From: Fimbriosthenelais zetlandica
Taxonomy: Eukaryota
Reading direction: 5' to 3'
Assembly: GCA_977030845.1 (NCBI GenBank)
Contig: OZ365112.1
Span: forward strand, 19,964,001-20,028,000
DNA length: 64,000 nucleotides
Each line of letters begins with the position of its first letter. The stretch's first letter is position 1. A model generated the notes under the pieces. That model made no database searches. It was not told the DNA's origin and was given only the letters and a program-made list of their open reading frames with translations. Shown here one piece after another: positions 13,901-28,084 of the stretch. A program made the translations under genes and the position numbers.

Positions 13901-16900
13901 AAGGTTTTACATTAACCATTCCTTGCTACTCACACCCTGCCAAATATAAACAGGCAAATAAAATATTTTCCACACAGCTTTGACAAATGACAGGCTACGT
14001 GCAGTTCAATTGGATATGTGGCCTTGAAAATCAAAGGAAATATCTTAGGAAGCAAAGCTTTTTGGACTAGTGACCTCTTGGTATAGATCATATATCTGTT
14101 GATAGGAGAAGTATGTAAGAATGACCTGGTGGTTTGTAAGCCAGGTGAAGTGATGCATCAATGTGGACTCTGTGGGAGGCAGGACTGACACTGCCTGGTC
14201 CCCCTCTATACTACCACTAACTCCTCCTAACGTCCCATTCATCACACCCTCCACCTACAGACATCATGTGAGCCTATGATGGGAGCAAGCAGTCAATTCA
14301 TCACTGCCTGCACCAGCCAACCTCTCCCCCCCCCTTTTGCAGGCTCTAGAACTACATCCGATTGCCTCACTCACCCTGTAGCCTTGGTCTCTCTTATACA
14401 TGCTCTATTTCCCTTACCCAATCTATAACTGCCCCTTAACCTGCCCCTGTTACAGGATTCTACCTGTATGGCTGAGTATTAAGTTCTAAATCATTCTCAT
14501 CATTTTCAGTTAGAGTATTGTGCTACTCACCCCACATCTTACTACTTTACTCCTCTCAAACCCCCTATATTTAAGCCTTTAAATCCTTGTCCCTAGGAGC
14601 CTCAACTGTTACTTCACTTTGACTGATGACATCATGTACACATTAACTCAGTTTATCTCTCCTGACAACCACTCTAGCCAGGAAGAAATATATCTGGCCT
14701 TGAGAAGTACCTGTAGGATGTTTGATACCCCAGAGCCATTCATTCCCTTCTAGATTGAAGGAATGTTTATTCCTCTCGTCTCCAGCTTCTGCTAAATATT
14801 TGGTTGAGGCTGAAAGCACGGTTTAGGGAGCTAGTCTATTTAAACAAAAATGTCAATTACTCTAACCGCACCCAAGAAACCTTCCCATATCTATCTACAT
14901 AAATGTTAATTCCTATTCAAGACTAATTATCCAGCGATTTGGAACACTGCCAATCATTTAGGATGAAAATAATTGAAGGAGTTGAATGTTTTTGATCTTT
15001 TGAGGATTGTACTATGGTTCGTTGGTCTACATAATTATTTGTGTGTGATACAATGTCTATGAGATCAGCCTGTGTCATATTTCTATTAGATGAATGTAGG
15101 TATGGGGGAGCAGTTAGCTCGGGGGTTACATAATGCTGAATTTGCTCTCTTGTCATGACCTGCTCCCTGCCTGCCTGCACCTCGCCCATTCATCGTGGGT
15201 TTCCAAAGGTTATCCAGGGACTAGCCCTCAACCTCCCAACTCCTACATACACCCTATCTCAACTCACTACTCCTGTATATATACCCTACACCTTCCCTCA
15301 CTTCTTTTTCCATCCAACTCACCCCTCTCACCTTAAGTCTCTCACACACTCACCCCGTCCCAGTCCATCAGCATGTTTATGTATGTGCATGTAATACATG
15401 CATATTATGTGCATGCTGGCAGCCGAACAACGCCCTGTAAATTGTTGGTAAATGGGAGATTATTCTGGACATTGAGCCAACACTAGTATTATAGAAAAAT
15501 AGTGGAACCACTGCATGAACACGTTTCACGGTGTTCCATTGAGATTATCCCTAGTGATTTCATATCGATTCAATATTCAAGTTTTTTCACTGCCATTTTT
15601 CCTTTAACCTCATCTGTTCAGTTTCTACTCTACAATTGAAAAAAAACGTTTTTCATTTATGACTATTATCCATGCAATGGCTCGGCAAACTAAACAGCCT
15701 GGGGCTTCTTTACCCCGCCAAGCTTTTACACTTCAACCTGAACCAACTATTCTCCCTCCTGGAGTTAGGTATAGGCAGCCTACACACCGGGATTATATCC
15801 CATGCACCCACCTATTCGTGGAAAGTGGACCTAGTAAAGTTTTCTCATGGTATTTTACTCCCATGCTCTCCGATGCCAAACTAAAGCTTTCCACATGAGC
15901 TGCTGACTGCCAGAGCACTACTCTACTGCAGAGTTTGCTTGATGCCTTTCTTGAACGAAATTATATCACATCTGAACGGATCAGTCCTGGCTTCCCTGGA
16001 GCTATTAGAGTAAGTTCAGAGTAAGCTAAACCCTAATCCGTCTGCTTTAGAAATATTAAAACAACTATGAGGAATGGAAGCCATTATACCTCTGCTACAA
16101 ATGCTCGATACCTCTCTCTATGTATCCAAGACTATTATACGTTAATGCAGACATTTAATTGGTTTATCTGAGCCATTTGATGTGTAGCAAATTGCCTCGT
16201 TTATAATTTCATTTAACTCTAGTCTCTCGGATTATGATATTTTTTTTATACCAACGGCAAAGTATTCGCTGGCAAAATCTTAAAATGTTGTAGAAAGATT
16301 AAAAAGTAACTTTTCTATCAACATTTTTGAATGCTGGATATTGTTTATTTTCTTTAACGAGCCAAGACTCACATTTTAGTGGTTGTTTTTATGTTTGAAG
16401 CATCACAAAAGATGTCAAAAGACGGCCAAGGAAAACATCTTGTTCTCCAAGCCCCCCACACCGATCTATTGATTTTTAAATGGACTTCCTCACTAAGGAT
16501 GATATTATGGAGAAAATGCAGGCCATTCCCTATGCAGCATTCCTTTTCAGTAATTGCTTCAGTCCAGTTTCCACATTGACAATCTATTGGTCAGTATTGG
16601 CAATACAGCAATGACATGCCAAGTAGCACTTGAGAAAATGAACCGAAAGTGACGGAGTGTGGTATTTCCTTGTTTGCAGGATATTGGCAACTACATTCCT
16701 ACCTGCTGTCTTAGTCTACTTGTCAGACTCTGTTCTGTATGAGATTATGTCATGACAATTCAGTCGTTGTTGGTATAAATATTTTGGGGGTGAGAAAGAC
16801 CCTTTGGGTAAGAAAATCATAATTATTACAGACTGAGAAACCATTGTAGTATAAGCCAAAATCAGGTGTGTGGTGTTCTCCAACCTTATTAGGAAACCTA

Positions 16901-18673
16901 GGATCCCTCATGACATTGCCAACTTCTTTGCATACCTCACTACACGGGATTTTTTCCTCTTAAATTTTGGCAGCCATTAAATCCAGGTAATCAAGTGCCT
17001 TGCAGTAAGCTTTAGCTGCAGACCTCTTTTGTTAATAATCTTGACCATCCAGGGTTTTTGTGGTATCTCAGAAAAATTTAAGGAGACAAGCAAGTATTTT
17101 CCCATCCAGTAATTGCTTTGACATTTTCTCCAGCAGCATGCACCTGGTTTGCTGACTTTGGTGGGCATGTAGTTATATCTGACTTAAGGATTTGACGGTA
17201 GACCTGATAAGGTAGGGGCTGTGGAGTAATGGACAATGACAGGGGTTGATCTGGTGTACAGATGGTCCTATTAGTAGGTCGTGCCCTGGTCGGTGAAGTG
17301 GGATCCTACTATAATAGTAACTACTGGAGGTAGACTTCACTCTCGATGCTAGAAAATTCATTTTCGTTTCATCAGATCATTAAAGACCATGGCGAATTAT
17401 CATTACCTCAAGCATCATTTGAAAAGGGGAAAGTTTGAATTTCACCGGAAATAATTACGTCGAAATATCGAGCTTAATTGATCCATTCAAGGTTTGACAT
17501 CTAAGAGCCAAATTACTGCACGTGAATTATTGACTTTTACCTCAGTACTGGAAGCTATGAATGCTACCATATTTGTCGCCATGACCATAACTGAGGTTAC
17601 TGATACATTGGTCGCATAGCAAGGATCGATTCCTCATTAAAAACACTATAGCTCCTAACATGTTGTGCAACAAAGTGTATACAAGGTGCATGAATAGTTT
17701 ATGAACACACTGCAACGAAAAGAGTCTACAAACAAAAGTGCTGGTGGGTGCCGTATGATACAATTACAGTATCTATAAACAACTACCTTTTTTCATGGCA
17801 ATGGCAACATTAATGTTTTGACTCTCAGTTTTAAATTTCATCCATTATTTAACACCAAGATGTCTGATCTTGCCTTTTGGCCTTTATCCTGACTGGTCAA
17901 TGCATAACCGTTTGTTTCTGAAGAAGCAGGACAGAGCCTCTTGTCATATAACAGGCGCCTTGAAGGAAAATGCATTATAAGCGAGAGTATTTGTGGAAGC
18001 CTTGGCAGATAAGAGCTCTGTCAACAAAGGTCCATGCAGCCTTTGTTTGATCGTGTCGGTATAATGCCCATTCGCACCGTATCCCGCCTCACCTTCCTAT
18101 GGTGTCAGAGATAACATTAACCTCTCTCTACCCATACTACTGTCAGCCTTGGAGAGCTACTGATTTATGGGTGATCCTTTCCTCTGATATCTTTCTCCAT
18201 ATATCTGAGTGCCCAATCATAAAAACCTTGTCACAGATTTAGGACGAAGGCCCGAACGGTCAATCACTACATATTTTTCTATTCTCTTGTGCACCTTTAT
18301 ACTATTTAGATTTGAATGAAATATTCTTAAATCAGTAAGTCTGGGTCAGGTATATATTTTGTGAGATAAAATGTACTCTGGAGGACATCGACCTTGAAAT
18401 TTCTGGGTATGATAAACTAAATCATAAAATACAAAAGAAATGACTATTATAAATGAATATTATGATATGCTGACCTGTCCAATAGCTACCAAAATATTGT
18501 AGATGTAATCTGCTCACCGCATATCCGCAATAATAGTGACATATTCGGCCCATTATATACAGATCCGGGATATACAATGCCTTTACAAAATTAATCTTGC
18601 AGTAAAAAACATTGATTCGTACTCAAGTCTGATAAACAGTTTGTTCAATTTTCTAAACTTTATATTTTTACAG

Positions 18674-18735
18674 GTGGTGCTCGTATTTCTTCTCAGCATT
18701 GCATCTTTAATCATTTACTTCATTGACGCATCAAC
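18674..18735 (+). CDS. slo: Slo1 exon 2: S1 helix
   Basis: tttttacag|VVLVFLLSIASLIIYFIDAS+ac|gtaagt; 62 nt, phase 0 to 2. Confidence 0.97.
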
Positions 18736-21700
18736 GTAAGTATAAATTGTATTTCTAAAACTCATGTCTATCTTTCTATGTGAATATACAATAACTTTAA
18801 TTTTTCTTCATTCAATATTATAAACATTTTCTCCTCCGTCCATCCAACTAATGTATATAGCAGCTCTGCTCTTCTACGGTCTTGATTAGTTTGGCATGAC
18901 AGGAAATGGAACACAACGCATGCGCCATATTAATCTGATACCTTATCGTGTATATCGTAATTTTTTACGATCCTCTTGTTCTAATGAGTTTAACTGTTTT
19001 TATTTATCTCATTGTCAGATTTTTTTTCTAATTAAGCAAAATGTTTCCTTCCTTGTGACATTACCAATGTCATGACAAGTTTTCATGGTCAACATTTTAA
19101 AGGAATATGATTAAGATTACTTCTCGAAAGATTTGTAATTTAATTTATTTTATAGGAACTAAAAATTAATCAATCCAGACTTGTATATATATATATATAT
19201 TTCAGTTAAAAATGACATGTTCACTGATAAACTTTGCCTTGTAAATTTGGAATTTGACACTTTAATAGGCCCTAATCTGAATATATCAAAAATTCAGCAT
19301 GTAATGTACATTCTTAAATTCTTCAAAGTTATCGAGAAGTTTTCATTTCCTCCTTTAGTATGAAATGTTGTTTTATAAAATTATCAGTGAACACCTTTTG
19401 GTTTGTCTAACCCTTTATCTAAACCCCTCAGAATTCATTCAGGGACAGCGCCTGAATATTTCGGAAAAAAAGTAATGAAATTTTTCCTCTCATTTTTTTA
19501 TCTTCTTGTTCATTCGGGCGATTTAGGAATAGGTGAAGCAACGTGTCCTTTCTGTAGTGTTTGACAATGGCGTCCAAATAGGGCATGTGTGTTGTCTGTA
19601 AACACAATGTTGAGCCATAGGTCAGTTAGGGGGATGAGATCCTAGCCTGAGCATATTCTGAGCATATCAAGATCAATACTGGGGCCAATGACGCTTTGCC
19701 ATAAGACATAGATGGCCATATATGGTAAACATATCCTTAGGTGAGGTTCAAAGGGATGTCCTGGTTTTGGGGACCTGTACTATAGATCTACTGCAGAAGA
19801 TCAATTCTCTTTTAAAATAAACTGTCAGGTCATAATGTTCAGCGTTGAATTGTCCAGGCTGACGACTCCTTTATATTCACAGAAAAAAAGTAAACTGTTT
19901 ATTTTACCTTTTATTAATGCAGATCTATGCCTAATAATAGTAACAAAGCTCAACCCTGGACTATAGGTAACCATGACCCTCCCTCATCTCCTGAGGCAAA
20001 GCGTCATTGTTTGCGCCTGGAGTGTGCCATTCTAAGGACAACTTTTAGATCTGGCTGCCAAATACCTACTCTTTCCATTTAAAATGGCATCACTTTGGGG
20101 CTGGGTTTGGATAAAGGGCATCTATTTAAAAGCATAACGGACTTTTGAAGTGGGTAAAAGAGATGGGATTGAGAAGCTGTGTTGTATTTACTACTATTTT
20201 TACAGTGCTTTGTTATGTCTGTCATCATTATAATACATACCTGCTTCACTGACCTCTTCCCAGTTGATCCCAAAGCTTGATCCTTTGTGGCATTAAAATA
20301 TGTGCTTCTCTGAGATTATATCCAGCTTAGTATCACATCATCGTTAGCTCAGGTTTGCTTTTCATACCGGGGATTGTTTTTCACTTGATAATACAAAGGC
20401 TTTTTACTTTTACTCATCTACTGTTTCAATCGTTATTATCATAGAGCTCTTTTATATTCATGAATCAGGAGCCCAGGAAATGTCAGCACATGAATGCCGG
20501 AAATTGGATGTCATGTTCTTAATTAATCATTTCTCAATTTACATATTGGTTTTGGGCATGCCATTAAGATAAATCATATGCTCTAAATACATCTTCCCTA
20601 TATATGGAGATTCAGATGAAAATTTGGAAATGTTCCTATCATATTAATGGATTTACTATATGTCAATTAAAGGAAAGGAGATCAATTCCTTCAAGCAATA
20701 GATTAACCAGCCAGTGGTGTTCCACTTGGAGGTTTTGGAGCACGTACAATCCCCAGTAATGAGATTTGCTATACAGAAAGGACCGATCGATGAATAGAAA
20801 CGATGCAGTGGTGTGATATTCTGTTGTAATACATTGATTTATAATAGTGCTCTTCGTGTTACCTTGTTTGAAGCATATATACTGCTATTTACCGTACTTT
20901 AGACACAAATATAAACCTCATGTAAGCTTACAGCAGGCCTGTATATATTATTATTAAAGCTGATTTAAACATCTAACCCTCATCACACTCCACCCGCGCT
21001 CAATCACCAAGCTTTAGATTGAAATATAGAGCTGAGGTGGCCGAGTGCAATTTCCACTCGAGGTTCAATTTACAAGAGGGTCGGGTTTGTTTTCATGCAG
21101 TATGATTTAACTGATTCATCCTCGGTGCATGGCAGAGGTATACACGTGTCGTCCTATTTCTGACAAACTCCCCATCCTACCTCGTCTTTACCAAGGTTAA
21201 AAGTCACCAGTCAAAGAGAGTAGATAACCTCTGTACAACTAATTTAAAGTCACATAAATCGATCCAGGGGAACACCCTAGAACATTTACTGGATATTTAT
21301 TGCAAACACCGTATAAAAGCACATGTCAGCCATGGTTTATATATGGGACATCAGTATTTAGTACACCTGGCCAATATATTACATTGCTAGTGGTTGGTAA
21401 TAAACGGGAAGAGCATGCATTACATGTATATCATGTAGGCCAGCTTAGAGTCAAGCCTGCCTGGGATAGATGCAGAGGCAGTCAGGAGTTTACAGGAGTA
21501 ACACAGGACTGAAAGGGCGACAAAAAACAAAACATCTTACTCCTGGTGGGAGTGGAGAGAAAGGTATCAAAGACAGTTGTTGATAAGGAGTGGATGGGGG
21601 ATACTTAGCTCTTTTCTGCAGGCAAGCTAGGCAGTTGCCATGTGGAAGAGATGGGAAGGAGGAAAGGAGGGTTGGGAGGGGGGATCCTTACCCCTCCTCA

Positions 21701-24700
21701 TCTCAGCTTCTGCACCAGGAGAATACAAAACCTCCTGGGACCGGCCGAACTCCAGGTGTGAGCGCTACAAACAGAATGGGGTCAGCGTGATGTGGGTTAG
21801 ATGTGTGGGTGGATGTGAGAGTTGTATGATCCATTCAAAGCGGGCCACTGCTGCTGAACGATAAGGGCCTGCTGGCCCCTACCTCCAGTACCTCCAGCCC
21901 ATATAGTCAGATGCTGTCTTACTGATGGGGGTTGTGAGTTGGAAACTGGGAGTACTCATCTATATAGTAATAGGCAGGGGTATATAGGTAGGAAACGTAT
22001 GTACTCACTTGGGGCTACAATGTATCTTTAGGGACACAGGAGGAAATCCCTAAGTGACTCCCAGACCTGCTGTCCTTTCACACCTTGCCACTTGGGGCAG
22101 CCTGAGTGATGATGATGCCTGGATGCTGATCACCACCACATTCCCATGGTCTGATCAGTGGAAGGTCCCTAACTGATACCTTTATATTCCACTCAGACTC
22201 AGCTCTGATAGCTTTAACTGGTGACAACACTCAGTTGATAGTATGAGTCTCATTATGTGAACTGTGGACAGCAGAGCCGTGTCACCAACAACGTGAGGTG
22301 GCACGCCAAATTCTGTTCAATATCTCCCTGCTCATCTAGTCTTCTCATCATTATCATCTAATAAATGCTGGCTAGGATGTCAACATTAGATTTTAGATTA
22401 AATCTAATGATGTTATTGTCAGGACAGTTTCGAGGCAATAAAATTTGCAAAGTGAACCAATTCGTCAACTTGCTCAACTATCAGAAAGACCTCTTCAAAT
22501 CTAAAAGTGGCCTCTCATGGATAGCGCTTTGGCATAAAGGTTATATATATTGCATATGAATTAAACATAGATGTTCTGTGACTCAGTGTAAGGGGAGAAA
22601 TAATGGTTGTTATTTGTATCTTACTAATTCCTTGAAGTAACTCTTCATCAGAGATTTGGCCGACCTAAAGCACAAGAAATACAAACAAAAGCTAACCAGA
22701 GCATTAGGGAAGCCAGTTGGTTCTGTCAGTTTGTTTTACGTTTGCTGATGGTTTCAGCATGGTTGACATTTAAGAGCGTGGCAAAACGTGGAGTTAGTAA
22801 AGACTCGTGGGGATAAAGATAGGCTTAAAAGATGGGAACGCCTTCCATGTAAGAGTGGCTGTTGCAAAAACCCGAGCCGAAGTGTTTCAACATGCAAATT
22901 ACTCCATAGATTTATCTTTAACGCCTATATCGGTTTCCTGCAATGTTTTTCCAATTGCTGGGCAGTGTGATGCTTAACAAAATGCATGAATATAATTAAT
23001 TGCATTGATCCGTGGCAGAACTTTGGCTGGAGTGCACTCCTCTGGTATAGGTAAAAGATATTGAACATGTTTTCTATTGCATAATGCAGTTAAATCAGTG
23101 CAGTTGAATGAGATAAACAGATTATTCTGTTTATTAAAACAATTAGCGGGGAATTCCCTGCTCTCTACATTATGCAATGATGATATGAGATGCATTGCTG
23201 TTCACCAAGAAGAGAATTTGATTATTTTACCCAGGAGAGACGGCTAATCTCCAAGTTCCCATCCACAGAGTGACTGTTCCATTCTTCCCCACGGTCAATT
23301 ACATGTCTATCCAAAACCTAGAACTTAAGGCCCACAAACAATTTTGCTTTTAAAAACCTGTAGCTGATGGGCAAGTGAGGAAAGGTCTGAGGCTTCTGGT
23401 GCACGTTTATTTTTCAGTGCCAGTCAGGATTGGGGCCAGCTGGTGTGGTTTTCTCATACTAAGTGCAATTAAAAGCAGTTTTATGTCTTTGCTGGAAGAG
23501 GGACACACAAGCTGTAATTGTTTTCGTCTTGAGGGGAATGTTTAACATGGACTTACACTTCTCTCTCATGAACTCCTAAATGGCTTTTCTTAGAATAACT
23601 TTTTGTCGAACTAATTATTTCCTTCAGAACCTTACCATTCATACTTTTCCTCAAATAACCTAAACTGCAGCTTTTTATCTCGGAAATTGGCCAATAAATG
23701 GATGGGAATTTGTCTGATACAAGTAAATTGACTGAAGCACATTTGTACAGTAAAGCAGGGAGCACATCTTCCATTGAGGGATTCTTTGTTGTATATAAGG
23801 TATAGAAATGTTGGCGGTGCGTGTTCGTTTGTGCCAAGTCTATAGCCAATACCACATCTCCATCTGAAGATGTGTTTAATCAGGTCTCAAAGAGTGGTAG
23901 AAAGAGGCGAGGAGAGAGCATCGAGTGTGAATAAATGGAGCTGCTCCAGCTATAGTGTCCTGTACTTACTTAATGGAAGAGAGGAGATTGTTCAGAGTAG
24001 ACCTGTTATAGAGTAAGTGCAGTAGAAAGGTAAAATCAAGATCCTCTGATGAAGGTTTTCTGTAGCCTTTAGGCTTTGATAACTCGAGTTGAAGAGAGAG
24101 GGAGAAGTGAGGGAGGGAGAGATACTCTTTCGTACAGGTGAACGAATTGAAAGTAATACCTGCCTTCTGTTCAGCACTAAGACGCTAATTAAGATCTCCT
24201 CTCTGTGGGTGAAACCATAATGAGATATTTCCTTTAAGTTAAATTAAGGAACACTCAAAAACCATGACGTGTACTTCACCTTTTTTTGTTTGAATCATTT
24301 AGGTGTCTATAAATAGAGTTGTTAGCTGTGCTGGGCAGGGGTTGTGGTGGGGGAGGGGGTACATTCACCAATTCCCTACATGGGGAATGGGAACCCTATA
24401 TATATAGACAGAACTGTATCCTCACCTTTTCCCCCACCAGCTAACCCTTTTGCATGTAGAGGTAGAGGCTGACCTTTACTTTTTCCCACACTCGCTGGGG
24501 CCAGGGAACAGACCCTCCGACATGTGCTATAATCTGTGACCTGACAACAAGCATAGACACATTTTTCCCATCTGAGTTTATAATCCCGAGGAAACATTTT
24601 TCTAAAATATAAAAGTCAATACTTTTTATCTCTCTCATCAGTGTCCTTGAGAAAATTTAATTAGAATTTAGATAGGAATTGTCAGTAACGTCTCGCGCTC

Positions 24701-25734
24701 AGTGGAACATGTAAGTACTAAATGCAGCGTGAGGAAGCCACGGCGGGGGTACAAGCTTACGTGGCTTCATACCTTCCACATCTCAGCCAGTTCTCTCACT
24801 CTGATGCTTTGGCAAACTAACCAGGGCCTGTACCCATCATCTATTCATACCCATCCTACAAAATGAATGCATTTAAACGTAAAAAATGTGAAAAATATGT
24901 AATAGGCTTATACTCAAATGATCAACTTCATCAAGCAATAGTGGAATGATCAAGTGATCCGTACTGGCTTTTTATGGGATTATTTACGTCATCATTTTAT
25001 AAATGATAGTTTCATTTTAGTTTTTTGTCGTTCAGGCTTCCCGCTAACATGCCCATGTGAACGTGTAGTCTTTGGCCCATTTTGATACACACCTTCAAGT
25101 ATTAACCATGCATTGCACTGGCGTCCTGTACATTGTACTGTAAGGCAGGTGTATAGGTGAATTGCTATCTAATCCTGTATGTACCCTACCCTCTCTTATG
25201 CGAAAAAATGTCCCAAGAACCTACAAATATGACTGTAATCACCAACTCCTGTGGCAAGAACACTTAATAGTCACTTATAGTGATCATTAGCTAGGATGGA
25301 CGTTTTTAGGCTGTGTCTAGACCTCTCAGTGTCGATATTTCCTGCTTTGTCCTCAGTAGAGACTACCCCAGTCAACTTATTATGGCAACACAATGTGATT
25401 TATGATGTTACCAGTCGAAAGAGTTAGTGTTTGTATCAGCACAAAAATGTTATTCCTAGTCTCTTCTAATATCAACCTATGTGGTAAAAGCTCCAGTTTT
25501 CCAATCCTAGCATTTTTCCGATTAATCTGTGAATTAATCAATAGTTGAAACTATATTTATAACTTTAGGTCTTTTGTTTGTCTTGTGTAAAGTGTTGTAA
25601 TCTGTTATTAATCTCATGTTCAAGATCAGTTAAGATCACATTTATGAAAATTTCTGATAGCATATAACATTTTCTTATTAGTCTGCATCTTTCTGGACAT
25701 GAATGAGTAAATATTGTTCTTTCTTTTCTTTCAG

Positions 25735-25831
25735 AGAAAAAGTAGAATCATGCGAAAACTGGTCCCAGAGTACAACTCAACAAGTAGATTTAGCATTCAA
25801 TATATTTTTTATGATATACTTCTTCATTCGG
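25735..25831 (+). CDS. slo: Slo1 exon 3: S1-S2 loop and S2
   Basis: ttctttcag|(T)EKVESCENWSQSTTQQVDLAFNIFFMIYFFIR|gtaagt; 97 nt. Confidence 0.97.
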
Positions 25832-26106
25832 GTAAGTTGTTTTCATTTTTGGGGACATCATCAGCTTGATAGATATTTAATATTCCTACCATATTAAATA
25901 ATGATTATTAGAACGATAACATTGTATGTAGTTTTACATGACATCAAATCAAACCTAATAGATCAAGCATTCAAAGGGCCGTCATCTGTAGTGGTAAAAT
26001 GGAATAGTAAATGAATCATTGATGAAAAAATCATTTTGAATTGTTAACGAGAATAATGATAGTTTTTCTTACTTCCTGGTAACACTGTTTTCTCATTGAT
26101 TTTCAG

Positions 26107-26218
26107 TTTGTTGCTGCTCCCGACAAATTATGGTTCCTCGTGGAGCTTTATTCATTTGTCGATTACTTCACCATCCCACCTTCATTCGTTGCCATATACC
26201 TCAACAGAAACTGGTTAG
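26107..26218 (+). CDS. slo: Slo1 exon 4: S3
   Basis: ttttcag|[37 protein letters not shown]+g|gtaaga; 112 nt. Confidence 0.97.
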
Positions 26219-26430
26219 GTAAGAAGCAAAAGGCAGTGTTCAAACCCGGTTTTTTGGGGGGTGGGGGTTGGCTGAAGAAAAAGTAGCTTAAAATCGACAA
26301 AAGGCAGTGAGAGCCGAGGTTCTTACGTACTTAGAATCATGGTGACCATCATGACATGGAAGGCTGCCTCTGAGATATCATCAATACAAGAAAATGAGGC
26401 TGTTCAGCTCTAATGTTTGTCTTGTTGGGA

Positions 26431-26493
26431 GCCCGTTTCAAAGGGAAAATTAGCCATGATAAGCCTATGGCTAATTTTCCCTTTGAAACGGGC
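26431..26493. repeat. Perfect 27-bp inverted repeat with 9-nt spacer (collapsed MITE-like hairpin)
   Basis: gcccgtttcaaagggaaaattagccat (26431-26457) is the exact reverse complement of 26467-26493. Confidence 0.9.
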
Positions 26494-27148
26494 CTCCTGA
26501 AGTCATGAATTATTGATGAGAGCTGCGGAGGGATCAGCTTCCTTGCTCTTCCTGCTCATTCTATTATAAAAAAAGTCATATTTGCATTCACCAAAGCTCT
26601 GGAATTCCCTAAGCACTGTTTGTGTGCTTCGTATGCCCGCATCCATGGCAACCTTGGTCCCTGGAGTATTCCCTCTCGTAAAGGAATTCTTTATTGATAT
26701 ATAATTAGAGAGAATTATTACAGAAAAATGATTGACTGGAATGGTGTTATTCCCAGGAAATCAAAGAGGCTAATCATGGTGATGACAGCTGCTGCTGTAG
26801 ACGCTGATAAGCCGTGATCAACGACCATGGAAAGGTCATATCCTGAGTCAGAGACCTCAGACACGGATAGATCTATATGGTTCCTATACATGCCAGCCAC
26901 TATCCAAATGACATCTTACCATGCCACAACACTCACAAACTATCAATATTCACATAATACCCCCCTCATTCATACAAGTGCATGCTTCTTATTGTCTCAT
27001 AAACGTTCTTAAACGGACTGAGACTTTTTGGTGGAGATATAATGATTAATGATTGGTGCTCGCCCTTGTCTGGAGATTTCGTTGTTTTATGATGTCTATA
27101 TACGTTGTTTATGGTGTCGTATAACAGCATCTATTATTTTTCCTGCAG

Positions 27149-27300
27149 GTCTCCGTTTCACTCGTGTATTACGTTTGATGACGGTTCCTGACGTTCTACA
27201 GTACTTAAACGTCCTTAAGACGTCAAATAGCATCCGTTTATGTCAGCTAGTCTCAACTCTCATTAGTATATGGTTCACAGCAGCTGGATTCGTCCATCTA
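27149..27300 (+). CDS. slo: Slo1 exon 5: S4 and S5
   Basis: cctgcag|[51 protein letters not shown]|gtgagt; 152 nt. Confidence 0.97.
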
Positions 27301-27523
27301 GTGAGTATATTTGTTCATCCCATAAGATTGTCCTCTAATGTGTAGCACTGCAGTATGCATAAATGAATCCCTCACATTTTTACTTGCAGTGGATAAACAA
27401 TTTTCTATATACTCTATTTAAAATTTAATAATATTATAATGTAAAATATACTTCCATGTTTAAATTTTCATTTATTTTGATATTTAGTCAGTATTAATGT
27501 GTATTTCTGGTTTTTCTCCGCAG

Positions 27524-27694
27524 TTAGAGAACTCAGGCGACCCATTCCTGGATTTCCAGAATGCCCAGCCTCTCACTTACTGGGAATGTGTATATTTCAT
27601 GTTGGTCACCATGTCCACTGTAGGATTTGGCGATTTCTATTGTAAAACAATCCTTGGTAGACTTTTCATGGTATTCTTCATCTTAGGCGCTTTG
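27524..27694 (+). CDS. slo: Slo1 exon 6: pore helix, selectivity filter, start of S6
   Basis: ctccgcag|LENSGDP...[39 protein letters not shown]|gtaagt; 171 nt. Confidence 0.98.
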
Positions 27695-27992
27695 GTAAGT
27701 ATTTTTTTCACTAATAGTCTTTGAATGCCACATTTATGGTCTAGTATCCAACTATTAGTCTGTATTTGTAGCCTATACTTGTGAATCAGACTTTAGGCAG
27801 TGTCCTTGATTCATTACTCTTAATCAGCTTCTTTAATTGATCATGTCCTAATTTAATCAGGGCAATAGACGCCTGATTACAGTATCAGACAATGCCCGGC
27901 CAATGAGCCTAACTTGGCATTTCATTCACATTAATCCACAATGTGTCTACCTGCCTGTTCTCTCATCATGAATTGAATTCCTCTTACTCCAG

Positions 27993-28084
27993 GCTATGTT
28001 TGCTAGCTTCATCCCAGAAATCGTAGACATTCTTGGCACTCGGAGTAAATACGGAGGGTCATATAAAAAAGAGCATGGCAAAAG
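27993..28084 (+). CDS. slo: Slo1 exon 7: end of S6 and C-linker
   Basis: actccag|[30 protein letters not shown]+ag|gtgagt; 92 nt. Confidence 0.97.

Noticed and set aside
19443-19452. GGACAGCGCC, right half of a REST/NRSE site
   Set aside because: The left half is absent, and REST is not an established regulator in this lineage.
21038-21072. A-box/B-box-like motifs suggesting a tRNA or SINE
   Set aside because: Spacing is too short and there is no cloverleaf.
16600-24200. GC-richer intronic patches and 60-100 aa ORFs, possible nested gene or transposon relics
   Set aside because: No recognisable domain or consistent exon chain; a RepeatMasker or blastx search would be needed.
26227-26309. 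12-bp direct repeat CAAAAGGCAGTG flanking 59 nt
   Set aside because: Could be a target-site duplication, but the insert has no element hallmarks.
27628-27636. GFG rather than GYG selectivity filter
   Set aside because: Already known in Aplysia Slo1; not novel.
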